Notes under the pieces: generated by a model | The model's input: the letters and a program-made list of their open reading frames with translations, nothing else | What the model was told of the DNA's origin: nothing | Database searches by the model: none | Origin: an uncultured Acidimicrobiia bacterium | GTDB taxonomy: Bacteria; Actinomycetota; Acidimicrobiia; Acidimicrobiales; AC-14 | DNA: 64,000 nucleotides | Reading direction: 5' to 3' | NCBI GenBank assembly: GCA_963836205.1 | Contig: CAWIIV010000012.1 | Location: forward strand, 32,001 to 96,000 | Program-made: the position numbers and the translations under genes | In this document: piece after piece, positions 10,447-21,265 of the stretch | Layout: every line of letters starts with the position of its first letter | Numbering within the stretch: the stretch's first letter is position 1

Positions 10447-13400
10447 TCAGCCGGATTCTGGCCGAGCAGCTTTCGTCATAGCGGGATCCTCGACCACGGT
10501 CGAGAACGGGGAGAGGTAGAACGAGAAGCGGGCCACACGTGGGGCCCAAAGCTGGAACGGCTCAAGCCGGTCGATCTTCATTGCAGGTACGACAGCCTGA
10601 AGCCCTCGAGCGGCGCCTTTCCAGTCATCGATATCCAGGCGGGGGATCTGACCTAGCACGCCGTTTCGCCAATGCCGCCCGTCACTTGTCAGCCGAGGCT
10701 CCAGATGGGCGACGAACGTCGACCATGTCTCGCTTGCTTCTCGACCAAGCAAGCCTGAAGCGCCGTCGTCGACACGCTCGGGATCGCCCCAGCAAACGAG
10801 ACCGTAGAGACGCGGATAGCCGGTCAACAGCCCGAGAAGCACGGCGACCACCTCGTGCTCACCCGCGAGGAACCGTGACGCAAGACCGAGGTCTCGCGTC
10901 GCTCGAAGCATTCGGTAGATGTTCAACATCCGTTTCGCCGCGGCGGGGTACGAACAAGAGGGGCCAAGGCTGCGAGCACGTCGACCTCCGCCGGCGTGAG
11001 GTCGAGACGCCGTGGCGGCGGTCCGCCCTCGGCCATGGAGGCGACGACAGATCCGGGCTCAGCGCTTATCGCAGTGAGCTCGGGCGCTAGGCCCGTACCT
11101 TCGCCGGCCGAGCTGGCCTCGATTCCTAGCTCAGGGACCTCTTGGGCTTCGTCGCCCACGATCGCCCCATCAGCTCCGAGCCCCTCGTGTGTTCGGGGAC
11201 GCTCCGCCGTAGGTTCGGCCGGGTCGACCCCGGGCCGAAGCAGGCTCGCCAGCAGCGTTCGGTACCCCGCCGCGCTCATGCTCGGTAGCACGAAGGGAAT
11301 CTGGAAGATCTTCTCCAGGTAGTTCTGTGGTGTGGACTCCCAGTACCGCCCGTCCCGTGCGCTGTCTCCCGATGTAGCCCCGCGGCCGCCGCCGCTCGTG
11401 AGGACGCCGCGGAAATGCTGCTGCAAGGATCGCAGAAGCCACCGCGGGTCAACCCCCACAACGACGACGAACAGCTCCATAGCAAGCAGCAGATGCACGG
11501 CCTCGAGTACTTCAACGACGCGCGCCGGCGGGCACCGGTCGAGGTCGTCGACGTAAAGAACGATTCGATCGATAGCGGGTAGCGGGCCTGTTCCCCGCTT
11601 GTGCTCCTCGACAGCGGCACGCAGCCCCTCGGTCAGCTCCTCAAAGTCCCGCCGTACGACTGATACGACGCCCAGCTGGCGCCGGTAGTCGGTACTCGCA
11701 CTCCGCTCCGCAATGAACTGCTGGAGGCGGCGGCCAGCAGACAAGTCCAACAGCTGACGACTCAGGGTTTCGGCTTGGGCCCGTGCGTCCACGCCCTTCG
11801 ATTCGAGGTCGCGCCCTTCGGTTCGCGCCGCGTTGATGTCCGCCTGGAGTCGGTCGACTTCCGCGGCGCGTTGCTCCACCGTGGTCGCCCTTACGTTGTC
11901 TGCAACCTCGATGATTGTCTCGACTTGCACAAGCGCGCCGCGGACTGCCGCCGTCCGCCTCTGGAGAGCGGCAGCAAGTCGGCCGGCGACCGCGACCGCT
12001 GTTATCAGTGGCGCGACCGAAAGAGCCTTAAGCGCACCGGGGACCACTAGCACCACGAGGACGAAGACGGCCAGCGCGCAGAGGGTCAGCAGCAAAGCGC
12101 GGCGTCGGCCTCGATCACGCCAGGCGTCTCGGACGGTACCGGCGTCGGCGAGCAGGCTGCGAAGCTCGCCGGCAAGGGCGTGAAAATCGTCCAGCGCTGC
12201 GGTGATACCGAGCCCGGCAACAGCGGCATCGAGCTTTGTCGTCTGGCGGTGAACACGGGGGTTGGCGAGCACAGCCTTAGCGATGTCCGTGGCCCGAATT
12301 CCATCGAGTGTCCTCCGGGCGATCTCCTCGCGATCGCGAGCGGCCTCAAGCTGGCGCTCAATCTCCTCCGCCCGCCGTGTAGACGCCTCTATGGCGACTT
12401 CCATCTGTGTTGCCAGCTCGCGGTAGACACTCAGTTGATGGAGCAGGCTACGACGCAGTTCGGCCCGCTCCTCGGCCGGTCGCTCCTGGCCACCCCCCAG
12501 CTCGTCGAAGATCTGCACGGCAAGCGAAGCCCATAGGTTGGCATCCGCATAGTGCCAGGCGTTGAACCGGATCTGGACAATCTCCGAGCAGTACGGGCTC
12601 TTGCGACCGACAGCGCGGTCAACGGCAGCGCCCGCGGCGAGGCTGTCAAGGCGCTGCTGCATCAGCGCCATGAAGTAGCTCTTTCCGGATCCCCACTCAC
12701 CGAAGAGACCTACCGACAGGGGCAACGGAGTGTCGGCCGCAGCTATAACCGCGCAGAGCATTCCGATGTACGTGTCGACGTCGAGTTGGTCGACCAGAGG
12801 CTTGTCGGATCGCAGGACGACGAGATCGCTGTCGACGTTGCCGACGAGCACGGGCTCGGGCTCGACTGCGAGTGGGCGTTCCTCGATCGTGCCCAGATTG
12901 GGAAGCGGCAGGGTTGCAAAGTCGCGGAGGAGGTCGACGCCCTCTTCAATTGCCGCTTCGGCCGTGTCGCGTCGCCCCGCCCGTCTGTAGTGGTTGCCGA
13001 GGCTGATGAGGGCCGTGGCCAGGTAGGAGGTGAGCTCGGCGTCGTCGGCGACCAGCGCACGGAAGAGGCTTACCGCCTCCTCGGCCGCCGCCGCCGCCTC
13101 CTGAAGCCTTCCCAGGTCGCCGTAGCGGTTGCCGAGCTCGTGGAGTGCCGACGCCAGGTCGCGGAGGAAGTCGGAGCTGTCGGCGGCCAGCTGTCGGTAC
13201 AGAGCCACTGCCTCTGCGGAAGGCGCGACCGCATCATCTGGGCGTCCCGCCTTGGCGAGGGCTTTGCCCCGGAGACTGACCGACAAGGCCAGGTCACGGA
13301 CGGAGGTGGTGGGGTCCACAGTCGTCGCCGTGAACCGAGACGCCCCAGCTCCCTCGTCGGGCTCGAGTGCCCGGTCACCCACCATCTGCTGAGACGGGTC

Positions 13401-14126
13401 TGCAACTTGGAGGGATGGCTCTGCCTCGCCTTCGCTGGCCCCTACCGACGCAGCCTCCAGTGTCCGAGACTCGACGAGTGCTTGGTACAGCGCCATCTCC
13501 AACTGCTCTGGTGACCGGAACGTGCCTACGGCGGCCGAGTCGAGGACGCGATGGCGGAACGCCTCTTGCCGATCTTGGTGGACGGGGTCGAAGAATTGGA
13601 AGGGCACCTCGGCCAGCTCGTCGAGGAGGAAGATCAGCCGTGGTAACCCAGCTTTGGTGGCCGCGTCGAACTCGAGTTCCATGTAGGAGAGTTCTGGACG
13701 GTCTCGGACGGCCGAGCCGTAACGGAAGCCCAAGAGTCCTACATAGAGGTCGGATTCGAGCACCTCGCGACTGACTTGGTCGGCGGCGGACGTGCCTTCC
13801 CTGGGGGCAAGGTCCATGGTTCGGACGATGGCGCCCGCTCGAGCAACCGCGTCCGTGGCGGCCGTGACGAAGGAACGTTCCGGAGGGAACTCGCGGAACT
13901 CGCTCGTGTAACTGAGGAACACCCGCCGCGGTTCCACCAGTTGGAGAGGGTATGCGACCGGGGCAACATCGCGCCTCGGACGAGCATGTACCGGCAGCGT
14001 TCGCGAGAATCCGGTGGTGCCGAGAGTCGGCGAGACGAAGGCGGGCCATTTCGCCCTCGGGCGCACCGGAATAGAAGCGTGGCGCAGCTCGGGACTCCGG
14101 CGCAGACAAGGTTCGGCGGGTATCAC
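10447..14126 (-). CDS. DUF4062-TPR-KAP family P-loop NTPase (frameshift near 10930; start uncertain)
   Basis: N-terminal RVFLSYTSEFRE...SDLYVGLLGFRYGS..SYMELEFDAA (DUF4062); TPR-like helices; Walker A GEWGSGKS, FNAWHY, IVLYVDDLDRC, YLEKIFQIPF (KAP); TM pair and coiled coils; continues in ORF 10447-10929. Confidence 0.85.
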
Positions 14127-14797
14127 CCCGGCACGGTGCGGGCCCTGCAGGAGTCGACTCAGCAGGGTTCGGGATCGATCGCCTCGTACCTATTGACGAC
14201 GGGACGGATCTCCTCCATGTAGGGGTGGACTTCATCGTCCGCGGTCATTAGTTAGGTCCGGGTCGCTCGTGTCCCAATCCCATTCCGAATCGATCAACTG
14301 AGGGCGTCACTGAGCAGACACTGAGCCGCGGCAGTGCCAGCGGCGTGGCGCCGATGGCTCACGACCCCGACAGACACCGGCGGAATGGTCTCCAGTAGGA
14401 CTCCTCTACGACCCGACAGCGGGGTTCGGTTCGGAACCTGATGCCGGTCGACCCTGGCGAGAAACCCGCCGCCCCCGTCCGCCCTGGCCACCTCGTTCCC
14501 TGAGCCGGGTCTGCCGTCCTCGCCGACCGATCAGCTCCCGGTCCTCTCCGCGTCGCGGAGGGCGATGCCTGCCACCCCCGTGGCCAGCAGCCAGTCGCCA
14601 GCGACGCCGACCGCCCGTATGCCACCACGTCGAGTTCGAACATCCAGACGCCCTGTCCGTCGCCCTCCAGTCCAGCGCCGTCCTCCGGCGCCAGGCGCAT
14701 CCAGCAGCGACCGCGACGTACTCGCCCCGTAGATCCCGTCGGCGCGGGGCCAGCGGGCTGAGCCAGCCACGGGGGTAGGCGGCGGTTCACGGGGAGG

Positions 14798-14976
14798 GCT
14801 CCCGTCGTGATCTGAGCTCCGAAGCCACTTCAGGCTGGCACAGCCCGTGCCGGGCGCAAGTGCTGGTCCGTGGCTCCGCCAGCTCCGCTACTCCCAGGCC
14901 TGCGGCAGACCCTTGCCCCCGCCCCTTTGGGCCGCGCCGGCCGAGCGGCGATCGGAACCCCGATCACGAAGGGAGC
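14798..14976 (+). promoter_or_regulatory. Long hairpin upstream of ssb, putative ssDNA promoter
   Basis: GCTCCCGTCGTGATC (14798) pairs with GATCACGAAGGGAGC (14962), which includes the RBS; inner GCAAG/CTTGC. Confidence 0.5.
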
Positions 14977-14982
14977 ACACCC

Positions 14983-15351
14983 ATGAACAGCATCAACCTC
15001 ATCGGCCGACTGACCCGAGACCCCGAGCTCGACGAGACCAAGGGCGGAACCGCGGTCTGCCGGATGCGCCTGGCCATCCCCCGGCGCAAGAAGGACGGCA
15101 AGGACCAGGGCGCCGTGTTCGTCAACGTGGTGGCCTACGGCGGCCAGGCGACGGCGTCGAACGACTACTTGACCAAGGGCCGCCAGGTCGCCATCAGCGG
15201 CCGCCTCGAGTACCGGGAGTGGACCGGCGGCGACGGCAGCCCCCACTCCATGCACGAGGTGGTGGCGGACCACGTCGAGTTCCTCGCCCAGGTCAACGGC
15301 ACCAGCTCCGCACCGGCTCCCGACGCCGAGCCGGGCGAGGAGCCCTACTGA
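14983..15351 (+). CDS. ssb: Single-stranded DNA-binding protein
   Basis: MNSINLIGRLTRDPEL...VAISGRLEYREW; acidic tail ending EEPY; RBS GAAGGGAG. Confidence 0.93.
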   Translation: MNSINLIGRLTRDPELDETKGGTAVCRMRLAIPRRKKDGKDQGAVFVNVVAYGGQATASNDYLTKGRQVAISGRLEYREWTGGDGSPHSMHEVVADHVEFLAQVNGTSSAPAPDAEPGEEPY

Positions 15352-15561
15352 GACGGTCCTCGGCGATGGGCGGGGCGCCCCGGCGCCCCGCTCATCGCGT
15401 CGTCCGAGTGGCCCTGCCAAGCTTCAGCACGGCCCGGCCAACGGCGCGCCCGCCGGTGCCGTTACGGGTGCCCCCGCGATCCATCGCCTCGCCCACGCGA
15501 GAGGCCCATGACGGATCCAGCAGGGACGGTGCCGACGGCGCTAGACAGCCCAACGCGGCCT

Positions 15562-15747
15562 CCTCCTTGCGGCGAGCCCCGTCCCGGCCTCTACCCCCAC
15601 TATGCCGCCGGGCCCTCCATGGCCGGTCAAGGTCGTTCGGCGGCCGACCCCGGAGGGGACCCCCGCCCGGCGCTCCACCTTGACCGGCCCGAGCCCGGCG
15701 GACTGAGGCGGGGCCGGCCGGGCCAACGGGGCCCGCCGCAAAGGAGG
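15562..15747 (+). promoter_or_regulatory. Long hairpin, putative ssDNA promoter
   Basis: Perfect 13-bp IR GGCCGGTCAAGGT (15621) / ACCTTGACCGGCC (15677); outer CCTCCTTGCGGCG pairs with CGCCGCAAAGGAGG (RBS). Confidence 0.6.
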
Positions 15748-15753
15748 TCCCGC

Positions 15754-15975
15754 ATGTACGTCATCCGCCTCGCCCATCCCTGCGGAACCATCGTCGTCCT
15801 CAAGACCGGCGGCCGTCGCATCGGGGGCGAGCTCGTCAGCTGGGGCGCCTACTACATCGGTCAGGCGGCCATCACCCACTGCCCCGGGTGCGGGGAGTGG
15901 CTGGGCAACGCCTTCGTCGCCGCCAAGGTCATGATCGAGCCCTCGCCCCACACCACGTCCCGGTGCGGTCGGTGA
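15754..15975 (+). CDS. Small hypothetical protein with Cys motifs (HPCG...CPGC), possible Zn ribbon
   Basis: Strong RBS AAGGAGG before ATG at 15754. Confidence 0.6.
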   Translation: MYVIRLAHPCGTIVVLKTGGRRIGGELVSWGAYYIGQAAITHCPGCGEWLGNAFVAAKVMIEPSPHTTSRCGR

Positions 15976-16098
15976 GCCGGACCGTTTTACCTGCTGCACT
16001 TCGAGCAGCGCCTACATCACGCCGGGCACTACCTCGGCTCGCCCGACGACGATCTCGAGCTGGCCAAGAGGTCGCCGAACCCGCCACGCGCTCGGTAG
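15972..16098 (+). pseudogene. Fragment of a GIY-YIG-like small endonuclease
   Basis: GTGA overlap start; after removing one T it reads TVYLLHFEQRLHHAGHYLGS, then stops early. Confidence 0.45.
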
Positions 16099-16799
16099 AT
16101 CGTTAGTAGGGGGACGCGCGGGGCCTATGGGGGGGAGAAGGTCCCCGCATTGGTGGCGCGGCCCTGGGCAGGCGAGTCATCTTGTTCGCAGACAATTTCA
16201 GGAGGCAACGGTTCGTGGTGAGAGTTCACAGAGCGCCCTGCAATGCCAGGGTGAGGGACTGCCAATCATGCGGGTTCGGTTACGCGGACCTGAAGCCGAC
16301 GATTCCCAGTGCCTATCCCAGAGGCGCCATGGTCGTCGTGGCCGTGCTCGGTCTCACCGTCGCCTTGGTGGTTGCCAGCTCCACCGGCTCTGCTGGCCTG
16401 GCCGCGCTGGCCGGTGCGATACATGCCCTCGCTCACTTGCTCGCGACGCTTGGACGTGGATCTTCAACGGCTCCATCTCCGCGAAGGTGCCACTACAACA
16501 TGCGATCCCGCCGGATCAGACGGCGATGCATCGCCCTGGCGCTCTGCCGCGGCCGCAGGACGCTTCCGGCTGTCGGAAGGTGCGCCGGTCTCCGCTGCGC
16601 CGCGGGCCAGCACTGCCGGCCCTGCCAGGCCACGAGGGTGAACTGCTGTCCAACGCGCCGGCGGGCGGGCATGGGCGGGACCACGTCGAATCCCTCTGAT
16701 ACCGGCGAGTCGACGTCGCCCACGCTGCGTAGGACTCAGACGCGTCCGGTCACGCCGGCGCCAAGCTCCGAGCAGCCAGCGTGGCCCCGCCGGGGCCAC

Positions 16800-17165
16800 G
16801 GGGGAGGCCGGCACCGGGCCTCCCCCTCGCTCGCTGCGCTCGCTCCCCCTCCCCGAGTAGGAAGGTTCTTTTTCACGGGGCTGACCATTCCGCAGCCCTG
16901 TATTGCTGACGCCCGCAACGGGCCTGGCGGCCCGGCGGGCGCGCTGGAGGAGCTGCTGTAGCGGACCCGGGGCACCCCGCCGTCAAGGCCCGCTCCGGCC
17001 CTCATTCCGGCCGGGAACGACGCCTCGACATCGCCGACACCTCACAGCAACCGCCGACCCCCCGGCCTCCACTGCGGCCCTGCGCTCTGCGGCCTTGACT
17101 GCCGCCCCGGGCCCGCTGGAACGGGCACATCCCGAGAACGACTCGGGAGCTTGACCCCTGGAGGT
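16800..17165 (+). promoter_or_regulatory. Structured ~370-bp upstream element, family member related to 19260 and 20555
   Basis: Shares GCTCGCTGCGCTCGC, CGCCCGCAACGGGCCTGGCGGCCCGGCG, GAGGAGCTGCTGTAGCGGA and CTGCGGCCCTGCGCTCTGCGGCCTTGAC blocks; GTCAAGGCC/GGCCTTGAC stem. Confidence 0.7.
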
Positions 17166-17170
17166 CCGCC

Positions 17171-17617
17171 ATGTCCGCCCCCGTCCCCTTCGGCCCCGTC
17201 ATCACCGTCAGTGCCTGGCTCGACCCCGTCGTCGACGACCTCGGCTTCGACCCCACGTCGTCCTACGTGGAGTACCTCTGGCTGCCCCGCACCGGGCCCA
17301 GCGCGACCTGGTGCTACCGCCGTCTCACCGCCGGACTGCGCCCCGCCGACCAGCCCTACCAGCTCGAGCTCGCCTTCCTGGCCCAGGCGCTCGGCCTTGG
17401 CGTCGGTACCGCCCGCAACTCGCCCATCCAGAGGACGCTCCAGCGACTGGTCACCTTCGGCCTCGCCCTCCAGATCAGCGAGAGCGAGCTGGCGGTGCGG
17501 CGGCGGGCCCCGTGGCTCACCTTGGCCAGCGTCAACCGACTCGACCCCCGCCTGCGACGAGTCCATGACGGTCTGCTGGCCGCCCGCCGCCCCGTCGGCG
17601 AGTCCCGGGCCAGCTAG
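17171..17617 (+). CDS. Hypothetical winged-helix-like protein
   Basis: RBS GGAGG; YVEYLWLPRTGPSATWCYRRL...LAQALGL...IQRTLQRLVTFGL resembles DnaB/DnaD-like N-terminal wHTH. Confidence 0.6.
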   Translation: MSAPVPFGPVITVSAWLDPVVDDLGFDPTSSYVEYLWLPRTGPSATWCYRRLTAGLRPADQPYQLELAFLAQALGLGVGTARNSPIQRTLQRLVTFGLALQISESELAVRRRAPWLTLASVNRLDPRLRRVHDGLLAARRPVGESRAS

Positions 17618-17718
17618 CAGCTCGCAGCGGCCGGGTCTCGTCGGGGAAGCGAGGCCCGGCCCTGCCCCCTTGCCCCTTCCCCCGTGCCACCCGGCCCACG
17701 CCCCCGGAGGTATCCACC

Positions 17719-18021
17719 ATGCCCACCACCACGGCAATGTTCGCGCCCGCCGCCGCTCGACCCCGGCCGGGCCCCATGAGCGCCACGCGGTATCGCCTCA
17801 GCGTCGCCGGCGGCCTCGTCGTGGCCCGCTCGCCCAACCTGCCCTTCCTCGCCGCCCAGTCCCGGGACCTCGTCCGGCGGGGCTACGCGGCCTGGCTGTG
17901 GGACGACCAGGGCCACTCGGTCCGCCTCAGCGCCCACGACGGCGCCATCCGCCTCACTTCCCCTCCCGACAGCACCGCCTGGCACGAGCGCTGCCAGGCC
18001 CTCATCCACGAACACCCCTAA
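17719..18021 (+). CDS. Hypothetical protein
   Basis: RBS GGAGG, high-GC3 codon use, preceded by hairpin 17629-17696. Confidence 0.55.
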   Translation: MPTTTAMFAPAAARPRPGPMSATRYRLSVAGGLVVARSPNLPFLAAQSRDLVRRGYAAWLWDDQGHSVRLSAHDGAIRLTSPPDSTAWHERCQALIHEHP

Positions 18022-18047
18022 GACCATCAAGAAGGAGAGACCAGCCC

Positions 18048-19178
18048 ATGTACCAGGACCTTCCCATCGACGTCGTCCGCCCCGCCGACGACAACCTGCG
18101 CCGCCGCGTGGGCGACGTGAGCGACATCGTGGCCACCATCCCCACCCACGGCATCCTCGAGCCGCTGGTGGTCGCACCCCAGGACGACGGCACCTACGTC
18201 ATCGTCGCCGGCCACCGCCGCTATGCCGCCGCCACCGAGGCCGGGCTGAGCATCCTGCCCTGCGTGGTCAGGCCCATGACCGACGAGGAGCGCACGCTGG
18301 CCGCCCTCGTCGAGAACGGCAGCCGCCAGGACCTGCACCCGAGCGAGGAGGCGACCGGCATCTCCCGGTTGTGCCAGGCCGGCTGGACCCTGACCCGCCT
18401 GGCCGAGGCCATCGGCCGCAGCCGCCGGCACGTCTCCGGCCGCCTGGCCCTGCTCGAGCTGCCGGCGTCGGTGCGCAAGCGCGTCGACAAGGGCACGCTC
18501 AGCATCGCCGACGCGGCCGAGCTGCTCAAGGCCAAGGACTACCCCGAGGCGTTCAAGCAGCTGTGCGCTGCCGCCGTCGCTGGCGAGCTGGGCGACGTCC
18601 GCTGGGCGGTGACGCATCCGCCGAGGCCAGCTGGGCGAGGTGCTGGAGCGGAGGCTGCCAAGGGCCGATCTGGTCCGGCTCGTCTTCGGCCAGTTCGTCC
18701 GCACCGCCAACCAGGCTCCGGCCAAATTCGCCTGCGAGCTACTCGGCATCGAGGCGCCGCCCGCCAGCGGCGACTTCTACGGCGGGGCGACCCGCAAGCT
18801 GTTGCTGCGCCACGCCGGCGACAGCGACGCCCGGCTCCAGCAGGTGGCGCTCGCCCTTGCCTTCGCCCTGGCCGAGGAGCGCATGATCGGCTCCTACGGG
18901 CACTGGGGCGCGGTCGAGGTCACCGCCCACTTCCGCTTCCTGACCGGCGTCGGCTACACGCTGTCGAGTTCGAGGAGGCGGAGCCGCACCGGGCGGCCGA
19001 CGCCCTCCAGGCCGACGCCGACCGCCGGCGGGAGTGGGTCGAACGGCGCCTCGTCGCCCAGGCAACGGCCGAGGAACACTCGGCCGGGGGCGACGCTGAC
19101 CCCGCCGTCATCGGCGCTTTCCCGACCGGCGACGTCGACCAGTCCGACGCCCACGACGTCGAGGCCAACCAAGCCTGA
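18048..19178 (+). CDS. ParB/Spo0J-family protein (internal frameshifts near 18620 and 18965)
   Basis: RBS GAAGGAG; GILEPLVV...YVIVAGHRRYAA, ALVENGSRQDLHPSEEA, HTH LAEAIGRSRRHVSGRLALLELP. Confidence 0.85.
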   Translation: MYQDLPIDVVRPADDNLRRRVGDVSDIVATIPTHGILEPLVVAPQDDGTYVIVAGHRRYAAATEAGLSILPCVVRPMTDEERTLAALVENGSRQDLHPSEEATGISRLCQAGWTLTRLAEAIGRSRRHVSGRLALLELPASVRKRVDKGTLSIADAAELLKAKDYPEAFKQLCAAAVAGELGDVRWAVTHPPRPAGRGAGAEAAKGRSGPARLRPVRPHRQPGSGQIRLRATRHRGAARQRRLLRRGDPQAVAAPRRRQRRPAPAGGARPCLRPGRGAHDRLLRALGRGRGHRPLPLPDRRRLHAVEFEEAEPHRAADALQADADRRREWVERRLVAQATAEEHSAGGDADPAVIGAFPTGDVDQSDAHDVEANQA

Positions 19179-19687
19179 GCACAGCCCAAGGGGGCGGGCA
19201 TCCGACACGGTGCCCGCCTCCCGGCGCGAACCCGGCCGACCCCGGCTTGGTCCTGGCGGACCACGGGAAGGCCGGCTGCCTTCCCGGCTCGCTGCGCTCG
19301 CTCCCATCCGCGCCGAGCGGGATTAGTTCTCGGTCCTTCGCATTCCGCAGCGCGGTGTTGCCGGCGCCCGCAACGGGCCTGGCGGCCCGGCGGTCGCGCT
19401 GAGGAGCTGCTGTAGCGGAGCCGGGGCACCCCGCTGTCAAGGCACGCTGCGGCCCTCACTCCGGCCGGCTCGTCCCCACCGCCGCCCGAGCGGCATCGAC
19501 CGATGACGTCTTCACCCGTGGGCCGAGGCGCGCTCCGGACAGGCCGGCCTGCGCTGCGGCCCTGCGCTCTGCGGCCTTGACAGCCGCCCCGTCCCCGCTG
19601 GATCGGCCGGGGTCCCGAGAGGAGCTCGGGCTCGTGAGCGAAGGAGGCTCCACCATGGCCGTCACCGAACAGACCAGCGAGCACAGC
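19104..19687 (+). repeat. ~584-bp direct repeat, copy A (parB 3' end + structured element + first 11 codons)
   Basis: Near-identical to 20396-20978. Confidence 0.95.
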
Positions 19688-20038
19688 CACCCGGCGCAGC
19701 CCGGCGCCGACGCGACACCGGCGCCGATGATGCGGGTCCTCGTGTGCGGATCACGGACGTGGACGGACGAGGCCAAGGTCGACGAGATCCTGAGGCGGGT
19801 CACCGCGGGAGCAAGCAACGTCGCGCTGGTGCAGGGCGAGACCGGAGGTGCCAACCGCGTGGCTGCCCTCATCGCAGCTCAGAGGGGTTGGACCGTCGAG
19901 CACATGTCCGCCAGTCGCCCGGACTTCGTCGTCGCCTTTCTCGACGAGCGGAATCGACCCTCGCCTGACACTCGGGAGATGGTCCGCCGGGCCCAGCGAG
20001 CGGGACTGCACGGCGTCATCGTGCGGGCGCAGTCCTGA
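19655..20038 (+). CDS. DUF2493/YspA-like SLOG protein, internally shortened copy
   Basis: MRVLVCGSRTWTDEAKVDEIL...QGETGGANRVA; lacks the PADW...AG..RN..ML block found in 22355-22723. Confidence 0.7.
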   Translation: MAVTEQTSEHSHPAQPGADATPAPMMRVLVCGSRTWTDEAKVDEILRRVTAGASNVALVQGETGGANRVAALIAAQRGWTVEHMSASRPDFVVAFLDERNRPSPDTREMVRRAQRAGLHGVIVRAQS

Positions 20039-20116
20039 CTTTGGCCGCGCCCTGGTTCGCTGGCGCGACCTGGCAGCGGCGCGCCGGGAGCAACCGACGG
20101 CGGCCCTGAGTCAGCG

Positions 20117-20320
20117 TCACCCGGTCCGCCTCCGTAGCAACTTCTCAACGGCTTCCAGCGCCCAGGCCACCACGAGCCCCGCCATGCCGGCCGCGAGCAG
20201 CCACCCGGCGACGTGTCCGTCGGCGCTCTGCCACTTCGCTGCGACGCCCGCGGCCAGCCCCAACGCGAGAAGCACGATCTGCGGGATACGCAGCGCCGGT
20301 CGCATTCGCGGCGTGCTCAT
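20117..20320 (-). CDS. Small two-TM membrane protein
   Basis: MSTPRMRPALRIPQIVLLALGLAAG...GWLLAAGMAGLVVAWAL. Confidence 0.45.
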   Translation of the reverse strand: MSTPRMRPALRIPQIVLLALGLAAGVAAKWQSADGHVAGWLLAAGMAGLVVAWALEAVEKLLRRRTG

Positions 20321-20395
20321 ACCCACAGAGTGGCCCCTTTTTGGCTCCCGCCCCGACGGCGTCGGCCCGCGCAGGTGATCTGCGGGCGTCAACGG

Positions 20396-20978
20396 GCCGT
20401 CATCGGCACTTTCCCGACCGGCGACGTCAACCAGTCCGACACCCACGACGTCGAGGCCAGCCAAGCCTGAGGACAGCCGAAGGGGGCGGGCACCCGACAC
20501 GGTGCCCGCCTCCAGGCGCGAACCCCGCCGACCCCGGCCTGGTCCTGGCGGACCAGCGGGAAGGCCGGCTGCCTTCCCGGCTCGCTGCGCTCGCGCCCAT
20601 CCGCGCCGAGCGGGATAGTTCTCGGTCCTTCGCATTCCGCAGCGCGGTGTTGCCGGCGCCCGCAACGGGCCTGGCGGCCCGGCGGTCGCGCTGAGGAGCT
20701 GCTGTAGCGGAGCCGGGGCACCCCGCTGTCAAGGCACGCTGCGGCCCTCACTCCGGCCGGCTCGTCCCCACCGCCGCCCGCCGGCATCCACCGATGACGT
20801 CTTCACCCCCAGGCCAAGGCGCGCTCCGGACAGGCCGGCCTGCGCTGCGGCCCTGCGCTCTGCGGCCTTGACAGCCGCCCCGTCCCCGCTGGATCGGCCG
20901 GGGTCCCGAGAGGAGCTCGGGCTCGTGAGCGAAGGAGGCTCCACCATGGCCGTCACCGAACAGACCAGCGAGCACAGC
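20396..20978 (+). repeat. ~583-bp direct repeat, copy B
   Basis: Near-identical to 19104-19687. Confidence 0.95.
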
Positions 20979-21176
20979 TGCGACGTCGAAGATCACCTAT
21001 TCGTCGGCGAGGTGTTCGAGGCACGCACGTCCAACTGGCTGATTCCCGGCGACATGGTCTGCGTCATGCACGCCTGCGCCGACCACGCCCCGACGGTGGC
21101 CGCCCACACCCGCAGCTGGTGGGAGGAGTGGCTCCGGGGCGAGGGCGCCGAGTGGGGCTACACCACCCTGAGCTGA
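20946..21176 (+). CDS. Small acidic hypothetical protein sharing its first 11 aa (MAVTEQTSEHS) with 19655
   Basis: RBS GAAGGAGG; open 76-codon frame. Confidence 0.6.
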   Translation: MAVTEQTSEHSCDVEDHLFVGEVFEARTSNWLIPGDMVCVMHACADHAPTVAAHTRSWWEEWLRGEGAEWGYTTLS

Positions 21177-21265
21177 AACCCAGGGACCGGAGGGTCGGGC
21201 GGGACCCCGGCCCTTCCGGCGCGTGGGCCGAGATCGTCTCGGCCCCGACGACCGGGAGATCTCGC

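Noticed and set aside
19104-20978. Repeat pair as DGR template/variable regions
   Set aside because: Mismatches are not confined to adenines and no reverse transcriptase is in the window
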